Source of the DNA: an uncultured Verrucomicrobiae bacterium | Lineage (GTDB): Bacteria; Verrucomicrobiota; Verrucomicrobiia; Limisphaerales; Palsa-1400 | Direction: 5' to 3' | NCBI GenBank assembly: GCA_963702845.1 | Contig: OY969763.1 | Span: 3,296,001 to 3,360,000 of the forward strand | Length of the DNA: 64,000 nt | Part shown: positions 32,692-40,990 of the stretch, in pieces | How the letters are laid out: every line of letters begins with the position of its first letter | How positions within the stretch are numbered: the stretch's first letter is position 1 | Program-made: the position numbers and the translations under genes | Notes under the pieces: model-generated | Databases searched by the model: none | What the model saw: only the letters and a program-made list of their open reading frames with translations | What the model was told of the DNA's origin: nothing

Positions 32692-33003
32692 ATGATATCA
32701 AACGAGCACTCAAACTCCAACCTGCGTCCCGCCTACAACGAACGCTCCCAGAAAACTGAACGCTCCTATCAAACGAAACCCGGCAAACCACACGTTCAGG
32801 AGGACACCCTCAAAACCGAATCAATTCAGATCGAGCGCAAAACCTTTATATTTACCCTGAAGGAGAATCCTCGCGGGCGTTTCCTCCGCATCACCGAGGA
32901 TGTCGGCGGTCGCCGCGATAACATCATCGTTCCATCCACCGGCCTGGAAGACTTCGCGAGGATCGTCGCTGATATGGCACAGGCAGCCGGCCAGCCCGCT
33001 TAA
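32692..33003 (+). CDS. PUR-alpha-like ssDNA/RNA-binding protein (single PUR repeat)
   Basis: IQIERKTFIFTLKENPRGRFLRITEDVGGRRDNIIVP. Confidence 0.85.
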   Translation: MISNEHSNSNLRPAYNERSQKTERSYQTKPGKPHVQEDTLKTESIQIERKTFIFTLKENPRGRFLRITEDVGGRRDNIIVPSTGLEDFARIVADMAQAAGQPA

Positions 33004-33319
33004 CCTTATCACCAAAACCGTCCGCGCGCTGTTGAAGCGGTATTTGTAACCAATCCTTTCTGGCGTGTAACATTATACAAATAGGGTTTTCCCTCGCATT
33101 AGTGTCGCTATTCCCGTGACAACAAAATTCCTTTCGTTTTCTGGACAACATTTTGGGCCTGTGTGAGCATCGCGCAGCTTCCGATGGCGGAACTGGGCAC
33201 GTGCAAAGCGATCCGTCGCTAATTCGAAATTTGGGCAATCCAGACGAGTAACGCACAACTGACTCGCCATCGGGCTTTTTTCTGTACCGATATCGAGTCT
33301 CAGCGCAATCTAGGTCCCC

Positions 33320-34345
33320 CTATAGAGTTCGTCCCCGTCGCATAAAGTTTTCCGGCTGCATTCGTAACGATGACCACGTGACCTTGATCGCGCAGCGCCT
33401 GTTCAACCTACAGCCTTCGTTTTTGTTACCGGCGCAGCCGTCTTTAGTCTTATAATTCGCATTCCTAAATTCGGAGCGCTTTCCACGCTTTGTCCTCGTA
33501 GCGACTCGGTGGATTGCCGGATCATTATCATCCAGAAGGGCTACAGCCGCGGGCAATGTTTTTACCGCGTTAGTTCCAAGCTTCGTCAGGCCCACCAGTG
33601 CGCAACTCCGCACATAACTGCTTTTATCGTGCAATGCGTCGATACCAAAAGTAGCGATTTCATCAGCACTAGTATTGATAGCAAGCAGACAGGCCAACGC
33701 GCTTCCTCGTGTTTGTTCGTCCGGGTCGGACAGCAACTTGGTTATCACCGGGTTCGCAACTTTGGAATCGGCCCCAACCATCGCGATCGCACTCAACAGT
33801 TCGTTACGAAAGTAAGCATCCTTACCTGCTAGTGATAGCGCCGCGAGCATATCCGGAACCGCAACGCGCGCGCCTGGGCTATACGACTGAATTAACACGG
33901 AGCGACGAATCACTGTTGGTAAGATACGGCGCAACATCCGCCGACAGCGAAGCAGCAATGGCCCCGACACACGCGCTGCTGCAATGCCATCCCAGTTATA
34001 ATAATAGGCTGGTTTGAGTCTCAGTTTCGCCGCTTTCTGATTTCCCAACCACGCTAGGAGACGTTTTTTCCATGCATAGTCGCGACGCTCCAGCATGCTC
34101 TGCACCGCCGCCAACCCGTTCGCGCCGATACTACGAATTGCAGATTCCGTCTTCCGCCGTTTCTCCTCCTGCCGAAGATAAAAGTCTTTGCTGCCGTCCG
34201 AAGGTTTGAATCGCAGTTCATCAATCCAACTGGTCAAACTCCGCCCTTCAAATTCCGGCTCTCTGGGTAACACCAAATAACCGAGCACTCCAGCAAGCGT
34301 GATTGCGATTACTACCACCCCGATTCGTTTGGCGCGCAGGTACAT
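33320..34345 (-). CDS. Membrane-anchored HEAT-repeat protein (probable internal frameshifts)
   Basis: TM followed by PREPEFEGRSLTSW; HEAT units LLSDPDEQTR, LHDKSSYVR, LLDDNDP. Confidence 0.65.
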   Translation of the reverse strand: MYLRAKRIGVVVIAITLAGVLGYLVLPREPEFEGRSLTSWIDELRFKPSDGSKDFYLRQEEKRRKTESAIRSIGANGLAAVQSMLERRDYAWKKRLLAWLGNQKAAKLRLKPAYYYNWDGIAAARVSGPLLLRCRRMLRRILPTVIRRSVLIQSYSPGARVAVPDMLAALSLAGKDAYFRNELLSAIAMVGADSKVANPVITKLLSDPDEQTRGSALACLLAINTSADEIATFGIDALHDKSSYVRSCALVGLTKLGTNAVKTLPAAVALLDDNDPAIHRVATRTKRGKRSEFRNANYKTKDGCAGNKNEGCRLNRRCAIKVTWSSLRMQPENFMRRGRTL

Positions 34346-34574
34346 ATCCGATAACTGCACACACAAATATTCGAACGCATCCGAAACAACGAGGGATTAG
34401 CATCGAGGGCATTACCTTTTCGTGCACCTGGCCTCGAGCGCCGGCAGCGCAGTTACAGGTTTATGCAACCAATCCTCCGTCATGGTGTTTTCTTGTCACA
34501 CTTATGCCGATCAATCGACATGTTGACTATTGAAGTAGTTGAACAGCGTTGCATTTTAGTTAAATACCATCCCT

Positions 34575-35021
34575 GTGCTTTGCCAAAAGTGTCAGCAAAA
34601 AGAAGCTAAGGTCCATTTCACTACCATTGGGGGCAGTGCGAATAAGGAGACGGTTCACCTCTGCAAGGACTGCGCCCCACCAATGGGATTCGATCTGGAT
34701 ACGCTAGACCTCAAACAAATTCAGGCCTTGTCCGTTGCCGACAAGAAGTGCGAGTTCTGTGGCCGTGAGGCGTATTCTGGGGAGATGCGTGCAGATGGTC
34801 ACGCGATTTACTGGTGTTACGATTGCAGTCTGGAGCGTGGTAGCATCCTCATCGAATTGATCAGCACTGAGCAGGTTGATTTGTTCTCGCGAGGCAACGG
34901 TGATATTTTGTCTCTCTGTTCCAGCCCTGAATTGCTGGCGTGGTCAGCCTCTGCAAGTGAGAGGGCGACGCAGAAACTGAAAGAGAGAAGACGCCAAGAC
35001 GGTCGAGACAAAGACAACTGA
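34575..35021 (+). CDS. Zn-finger protein with McsA-like N-terminus (4 CxxC)
   Basis: MLCQKCQQKEAKVHFTTI...HLCKDCA...CEFC...CYDC. Confidence 0.7.
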   Translation: MLCQKCQQKEAKVHFTTIGGSANKETVHLCKDCAPPMGFDLDTLDLKQIQALSVADKKCEFCGREAYSGEMRADGHAIYWCYDCSLERGSILIELISTEQVDLFSRGNGDILSLCSSPELLAWSASASERATQKLKERRRQDGRDKDN

Positions 35022-35045
35022 GATATACGACTAGATGGAGTTGGC

Positions 35046-35215
35046 TTACGCCGCCATCGCCACCGGATGCACGACAATTTTCGCCGCTCGCTCACGTTCC
35101 ACATTTGCTTTGAAGCCGCTGACGCTCTCGGGCACGACCGCAAACCACCGCTCCGCATCCACAGGGCGGACGAGCTCACGCTACTTCGAGTTGATAATTC
35201 TTTCACGAACCCCGC
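35046..35215 (-). pseudogene. C-terminal remnant of a tyrosine recombinase/integrase
   Basis: Own translation ERIINSK*RELVRPVDAERWFAVVP...KIVVHPVAMAA* resembles the HYRELV..AE.WF integrase tail, with TAG at the expected catalytic Tyr. Confidence 0.5.
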
Positions 35216-35329
35216 CGCAGAATTAATGAGCAACGAGCGGCCGTCATCTTCGCCGCTGCCCGCGGAAAGATGTGGAATCTTGCGAAGAGATGCAAAACCG
35301 TGAGAATTCTTGCGGATAAAACCTGTAAC

Positions 35330-36529
35330 TTACTTCGCCCTGCGAAACTCCACCCAGAAACGCGAGCCTTTCCCGGGTTCCGACTCCACGCCCACGTTAC
35401 CGCGCATCTTATCCACCACTTTGCGCACCAGCGCCAAACCGACACCGGTGCCGTCATATTGGGTGCTCACGCGCTGGAACATCTCGAAGACGCGGTCGTG
35501 TTGATCACTTGCAATTCCCACCCCATTATCTTCGATCCAAATTCGCACGACCTCACCTCGAACCTCTGGACGCACCCGAACCTCCGGCATTTTTCCTGGC
35601 TCCACAAATTTCACTGCGTTACCAATGAGGTTCGAAAAACACTGGGTTAACCCGGCCTGGTTTACCAAGACTGGTGGAATTGTTTCAATAATCTGGATGT
35701 CCGCGCGCGGCAATTGAAATTGCGGATAAGACTCGAGCATGCCGCGCAACAAAACATTCGGGTCGACCGGTTCGAGGATTAATTCGGTCTGCACCGCTTT
35801 CGCATAATTCAATGAATCGACGATCAAACGATCCATGCGGCTGGCAGCCTGAATGATGCGCCGCAGATAATCAGCCCCGGCTGAGTCCAAATGCGTCGTG
35901 TATTCGTCAGCGAGAATCTGAGCGAACGCATGCATGGCCCGTAACGGCGCGCGCATGTCGTGCGTAATCGTGTAGGAAAAATGTTCCAATTCCCCGACCA
36001 ACTCCTGCAACTTCGCCGTCCGCTCGGCAACGAGACGCTCCAGTTCCTCCCGGCTGCGCGCCAATACCGCCGCAGCCTCTCGGTGCTCCGTCACATCACG
36101 AGTTGTTCCCGAAATAAATTCAACTTCGCCGTCTTCACCGATCACCGGACTAAAGATGTATTCGTAAATCCCGTAGACACCTGTGCGCGGCGCTTTGAAG
36201 GGCACTTCGCCTTTTATCAATCGCTTCGTTTTGATCACCTGCGCGATTTCGCGCATATGCATGTCGTGATGCCATTGCTCATAACCCAATTCGAGGCACG
36301 TTTTGCCGACAGCATCCGAAAGTTCCATACCCCACACCTCAAGTAACCGGCGATTGGCATAAAGAAAACGTCCCTGCAAATCGAACGCATAAACGAAGTC
36401 CGGCGTGTTCGCGGTAACACTTTCCAAAAGACGCACCTGCTGCTGATAACGCTCCAGATCCTGACGAAGATCGCTGTTGGGCCTCTGCGAAATTTCCGAT
36501 GAAACGGTGGGTGAGCAATTGCAGTTCAT
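35330..36529 (-). CDS. Cytoplasmic PAS sensor histidine kinase
   Basis: PAS (TPDFVYAFDLQGRFLYAN), H-box THDMRAPLR, NLIGNAVKF, DNGVG, GTGVGL. Confidence 0.93.
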   Translation of the reverse strand: MNCNCSPTVSSEISQRPNSDLRQDLERYQQQVRLLESVTANTPDFVYAFDLQGRFLYANRRLLEVWGMELSDAVGKTCLELGYEQWHHDMHMREIAQVIKTKRLIKGEVPFKAPRTGVYGIYEYIFSPVIGEDGEVEFISGTTRDVTEHREAAAVLARSREELERLVAERTAKLQELVGELEHFSYTITHDMRAPLRAMHAFAQILADEYTTHLDSAGADYLRRIIQAASRMDRLIVDSLNYAKAVQTELILEPVDPNVLLRGMLESYPQFQLPRADIQIIETIPPVLVNQAGLTQCFSNLIGNAVKFVEPGKMPEVRVRPEVRGEVVRIWIEDNGVGIASDQHDRVFEMFQRVSTQYDGTGVGLALVRKVVDKMRGNVGVESEPGKGSRFWVEFRRAK

Positions 36530-36710
36530 GGGGGTGAATGGCCAGCTGGCTCAAGATGGACGCAAAACTTGCATCTCGCCAGCCTATCAGCCCAGATTGC
36601 AGGAGAAAATCGGGGGTTTCCCTGATATTTTTCCGCGACTAGTGAAGCTTCGCAAAGGTTATAATGGTGCAGTTTCATACCCGCCGCGGATTTCGAATTG
36701 CGGCATAATT

Positions 36711-37545
36711 GGATGACCTCCGATTACTTCTGATTACATCCGGTTACCTCTTTCACGGTTTTTCAGGCATGGACCGTAAACTGAACTTTTCTTTACATTT
36801 TCTGTACGTTTTTTCGTTTGAACCGTGTTCATTTTACGAAGGGGACAAAAGTTTACCGTTTCTTTACCGAAATTTGACCGGTTTCGCGTGAAGGACGCGA
36901 CAAGTAGGAGGCGAAGAACGCGAGCCAATAGGTGCACGTGACCAAAGATGACTGAACGTGACTGAACGTTGCCGGCGATGCATTTTGTAACAGCCTCGAT
37001 TTGCAGAAATGAGGCAAAAATAGTGCAATTTTCGTTTTGAAGTTCTCGCGAAGGGCGCAACGGCCGCGAAGTTTGCGATGATCTTTGGCCCGGAGTTCGA
37101 GGAACCTGGATTTAGTGTCTGAAGCATGCATTCGTTAAGACAAGTTGAGGGTTGAGGGTTGATCCGCCTGCGTCTGACTTCGGCGCGACAGATAGTTGGG
37201 CGAACGCGATGTCTCTGTCATGTGTGTATAGGGTGAGCGTTTCGCCGCTGGGCGTCTAGCGAAGCAACGCGAAACAAAGCGAAACCATGCGACATTCGGG
37301 CAGGTTTCTGAGGATGGCTCATACTGGCGGGCTGGCACCCTCTTCTGCTCAGCACGTTTGCGTTGAACATTCGCAGCTTGCTTATCCGACTGTGGATGTG
37401 GCACCGGCTTCGCCGGCGCGTTGGGAAACTGATGGCTCTTGCTCATGCGCAGATTTTTATCACACCTTTTTGAAAAATTTTCCGAAGCCCTTTGTGTGAC
37501 GTGCACCTGCATGCAGGGACGTGCCGGAACGTGCACAGACGCGCC
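36711..37545. repeat. Cluster of short 10-bp-period arrays and other micro-repeats in non-coding DNA
   Basis: 36711-36750 ggatgacctc cgattacttc tgattacatc cggttacctc; 36931-36970; 37261-37290 gaagcaacgc gaaacaaagc gaaaccatgc; 37501-37540 gtgcacctgc atgcagggac gtgccggaac gtgcacagac. Confidence 0.7.
36814..36882 (+). repeat. About 68-bp direct repeat, copy 1 (copy 2 at 40673-40738)
   Basis: tcgtttgaaccgtgttcattttacgaaggggacaaaagtttaccgtttctttaccgaaatttgaccggt. Confidence 0.85.
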
Positions 37546-37729
37546 ATTTCTCATCCACAAAAAGTTTGACAGGGTTTTCACGGTCGCATTCCGGTGCTAG
37601 TTTTTAGCACATGTATTTCTGAATTTTTTCGAAGCTGAAGAGGTTGGTTCTCTTTATCGCGTAGCGATTCTTGAAGATAGCCGTGGATTTCAACCGGTTT
37701 CAACCCATGATCAAGCCTTATCACGCTTT

Positions 37730-39403
37730 CTAAGGTCTGGCCATGGTTTCGGCCAGGTACTGATGCAGAAGCGCGACAGCCACTGAGCCCTCGCCCACGG
37801 CCGAGGCGACACGTTTGAAGGAGCGGTAGCGCACGTCTCCTGCGGCAAAAACCCCAGGCATACTGGTTTCCAGAAGCCGGGGTGGCCGGCTCAGCGGCCA
37901 ACTTCCAGGAAACTGGCCGTCGCGCATCAGATCGCCATCGGTCAGAATATAGCCTTTCGGGTCACGCTCCACGCAACCATGCAACCAATCCGTATGTGGG
38001 TCAGCCCCAATGAGGACGAAAAGAGCGGATGCCGGTAGCCGCTCGGCGGCGCCGCTCGCGCGGTTCCGAACGACGATGGATTCAAGACGTCCGTCCCCTT
38101 CGGCATCGGTTACGTCGACGCCAAATCGGACGGTGACATTGGGTGCGTGTCGCAGCTCGGTGACCAGGTAATCCGACATGCTCCGGGCCAGACTCTCGCC
38201 ACGAACCAGCAGGGTCACCGAAGCGGCGTATTTGGCCAGATGCGCTGCTGCCTGACCCGCCGAATTGCCCGCGCCGACCACACAGACTGACTGTCCCTGC
38301 AGGGCACGGGCCTCGCTCCCCACTGCGCCATAGAACACGCCGGCACCAAGCCGAGCTTCCAGGCTGGGAATACCCAGCCGCCGCCACGCTACGCCGGTGG
38401 CGAGAATGACAGCCCTTGCCGCAGCTCGCCGACCGTCGGCGAGCTGCACCACTCGCTCCGAGCCCGAAGCCCGCAATCCAACCACCTGCTGCGTAAAGAC
38501 CATGTTCGCTCCAAACAGCCAGGCTTGCTCGCACGAGCGATACGCCAGTTCGCTGCCGCTGACACCCCACGGGAAACCGGGGAAATTGCGAATGCGAGAA
38601 CTGGCTCCGGCCTGGCCTCCGGATATGGCCTTCTCCAGCACCAGCGTGTCCAGTCCCTCGGATGCCGCACAGACGGCTGCCGCCAGTCCGGCCGGCCCCG
38701 CCCCAACAATGACCACGTCGTGCACCCCGGAGCCTAGTTGGGTCCCACCTCCAATTGCCTCGATCAAAGCAGTGTCCGTGGGCTCAACCAGCACGCGGCC
38801 GTCCTGTCGCACTGCCACGGGAAACCGCGTGCCGTCCTGACCAGCCTCCCGCAGCAGCTTCTGACCCGCGTCAGAATCCGGAGCGTAGTAGCTAAACGGC
38901 ATGTTCATGCGGGTGAGCAAGTCACGAATCTCATGACCGCGCGCGCCCCGGTCCGGACCGACAATGCGAAACATTTCCGGCCCCCGCTCCTGCGCACCTG
39001 CCCCTGAGGCCAGGAACTTGCTTACGGCGGGGTAGAGGCCCAGCTCCAGGTTCCACGGCTTAACCAGGTGGTAATCGATCTGGCCCAGCATCATGGCCGG
39101 CACAATCGGGTTCGCGCGGGTGTAGTCCCTCTCGACCACCAGGACGCGGCTGGCCATCGGGTGCAGTTGATGAGCGCGCACCAAAAAATCGATCCCGCTC
39201 ATTTCGGGCATGCGCTGGTCGGCCATGATCACGGCGACGGGCCGTGCCTGGGACGAAAGCGTCTCAAGGACGGCCAGGCCTGCTGTGGGAGCGTTCTCGC
39301 TCAGGATGCGGCAATCATTTCCAAAACGCCGGTGAATGTCACGTTGAAGCACCTTCAGCAGCGACTGTTCCTGAGACACGATAAACAAGACTGGTAGTTC
39401 CAT
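37730..39403 (-). CDS. Response-regulator receiver fused to a thioredoxin-reductase-like FAD oxidoreductase
   Basis: REC ADQRMPEMSG; GAGPAG, GGQA, VVGAGNSAGQ, ETSMPGVFAAGD. No CxxC (VFYGAVGSE at that site). GC visibly higher than the flanks. Confidence 0.9.
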   Translation of the reverse strand: MELPVLFIVSQEQSLLKVLQRDIHRRFGNDCRILSENAPTAGLAVLETLSSQARPVAVIMADQRMPEMSGIDFLVRAHQLHPMASRVLVVERDYTRANPIVPAMMLGQIDYHLVKPWNLELGLYPAVSKFLASGAGAQERGPEMFRIVGPDRGARGHEIRDLLTRMNMPFSYYAPDSDAGQKLLREAGQDGTRFPVAVRQDGRVLVEPTDTALIEAIGGGTQLGSGVHDVVIVGAGPAGLAAAVCAASEGLDTLVLEKAISGGQAGASSRIRNFPGFPWGVSGSELAYRSCEQAWLFGANMVFTQQVVGLRASGSERVVQLADGRRAAARAVILATGVAWRRLGIPSLEARLGAGVFYGAVGSEARALQGQSVCVVGAGNSAGQAAAHLAKYAASVTLLVRGESLARSMSDYLVTELRHAPNVTVRFGVDVTDAEGDGRLESIVVRNRASGAAERLPASALFVLIGADPHTDWLHGCVERDPKGYILTDGDLMRDGQFPGSWPLSRPPRLLETSMPGVFAAGDVRYRSFKRVASAVGEGSVAVALLHQYLAETMARP

Positions 39404-39423
39404 GATCCCAACCTTTCGTCATT

Positions 39424-39442
39424 CTATGGTTTGACCCCCTTT
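39424..39442. mobile_element. Isolated partial copy of the Y1-transposase terminal repeat
   Basis: ctatggtttgaccccc matches the right IR core at 45027-45041. Confidence 0.7.
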
Positions 39443-39617
39443 GGGGCTGATTTATAAACCCGCAAGAACCTCGTGCAATACCTATCAAACAGGAAGAGGA
39501 GACTAATTCGATTCTATCGATCCTCTCGCAGGTTGGCGTTAGATGCTTTGAGGTTGATATTGATACACGCTCCGCGGCGCGCTCGACATCCTGCGCGCTC
39601 TCTTTTATTTTGCGACC

Positions 39618-39926
39618 ATGGCTCAGACCGCCACGCCCGAAGTAGCACCGGCCCCGATTCAAACGCCCGAAGAAAAGACTGAATCCGGTTTGGAACCGGG
39701 CTACCTCGTCATCTGTTGGGACGATCCCGTAAACTTGATGGATTACGTCACCCATGTCTTCCAGGTTGTTTTCGGCTGGGCTCGCAAAAAGGCCGAGTTC
39801 CACATGCTGCAGGTCCATGAACAGGGCAAAAGCGTTCTCACGCGTGACAGCATGGAAAAGGCCGAGCACTACGTGCATCAATTGCAAAAGTACAGCCTGC
39901 ACGCCACCATGGAGTGCGACGAGTGA
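39618..39926 (+). CDS. clpS: ATP-dependent Clp protease adaptor ClpS
   Basis: VICWDDPVNLMDYVTHVF..MLQVHEQGKS..AEHYV. Confidence 0.93.
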   Translation: MAQTATPEVAPAPIQTPEEKTESGLEPGYLVICWDDPVNLMDYVTHVFQVVFGWARKKAEFHMLQVHEQGKSVLTRDSMEKAEHYVHQLQKYSLHATMECDE

Positions 39927-40396
39927 AACTGATCCGCGCCACCAAAGGCAATTTTCTCTTTCAACTCGGCAAACTCGAAAAACTTCGCCTGTTGCAGGTC
40001 CTGCGCCTCTATCCCAGGATCCCTCCGGCGACATTTCGTCTCAGCAAATCCGACAATCTGCCCGATGCCGAAGCCAATCAGCGTTTGCTCGACGAATCTT
40101 TGACCGAACAACGCGCGGAAAATCGCAAGACTTTGCAGACCTTCCTTACCGACCCGCGCCGTTTCATTGATAGTGCATCGGGCTCGCACCTTTCGCTTAC
40201 ACCATCGGAACTCGAATGGCTTCTGCAAATCCTGAACGATGTTCGCGTCGGAAGCTGGACTATCCTTGGCTCTCCCGAGGAGGGTATGAAATTGAAGATG
40301 TTGAACGAAAAAACCGCCTCCGATTTCTGGGCTATGGAAATTTCCGGACAATTCCAAATGTACTTTCTGAAAGCGCTCGAAAAATGCGAAGGTTGA
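39923..40396 (+). CDS. DUF2017-like protein coupled to clpS
   Basis: GTG start overlaps the clpS stop; WLQILNDVRVG motif; this neighbourhood is typical of DUF2017. Confidence 0.7.
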   Translation: MKLIRATKGNFLFQLGKLEKLRLLQVLRLYPRIPPATFRLSKSDNLPDAEANQRLLDESLTEQRAENRKTLQTFLTDPRRFIDSASGSHLSLTPSELEWLLQILNDVRVGSWTILGSPEEGMKLKMLNEKTASDFWAMEISGQFQMYFLKALEKCEG

Positions 40397-40635
40397 TCGT
40401 CCGAATTATTCGACGTTGGTTTTGGTTGATCCGAAATTTTCTCCCGTCTTTGATCACCCAACGGCATGGTTTCTGCGGCCCGATGGGCCGGTCGCGAAAA
40501 CATGCATTTGATTCGTCCTGGTGGAGAAGTCGAATTCATTTGGTCCAAGCTAAAGACTGATAATGAAGCGCGAACCGCACCGAGCGCAGCGACACTAAGT
40601 GAAATCGCGAAGAGTGGATTGAAACATCACCGAAC

Positions 40636-40672
40636 GAACCATGCTATGGTTTGACCCCTTTTGCCCCTTTTG
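40636..40672. mobile_element. Isolated copy of the Y1-transposase terminal repeat with a duplicated ccccttttg tail
   Basis: gaaccatgctatggtttga ccccttttg ccccttttg. Confidence 0.85.
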
Positions 40673-40738
40673 TCGTTTGAAACGAGTTCATTTTACGAGG
40701 GGCAAAAGTTTACCGTTTCTTGACCGAATTTGACCGGT
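40673..40738 (+). repeat. About 68-bp direct repeat, copy 2
   Basis: tcgtttgaaacgagttcattttacgaggggcaaaagtttaccgtttcttgaccgaatttgaccggt. Confidence 0.85.
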
Positions 40739-40934
40739 AAGGGATTTCGCGCGGCGCTCCGGCGCGACAAGAAGGAGGCGAAGTGAGACACGAATTTCAC
40801 GAATTGGCACGAATAGTAATTGGAGATTTGAAATCTGAAAAGAAGGAGGACGACGCGGCGAGTCAGAACAAATTGGTCGATGGCACGGCTGATCGCCGGA
40901 TGCCGGTTCGTCCCTACCTTTAAGAATCGCTACG

Positions 40935-40973
40935 CGGTGGTGGGGCCGGTTGAAAGCCGGCACTCCACCACCG
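40935..40973. repeat. REP-like GC-rich hairpin downstream of the NHL gene
   Basis: cggtggtgg-gg-ccggttgaaagccgg-cact-ccaccaccg imperfect palindrome. Confidence 0.55.
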
Positions 40974-40990
40974 GGTGAAGAATAGAGAAA

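Noticed and set aside
36734..37581. ORFs in this intergenic tract as functional genes
   Set aside because: They are built from micro-repeats. Only MHASDTKSRFLELRAK (start 37131) looks like the first codons of a decayed HTH gene, too short to call.
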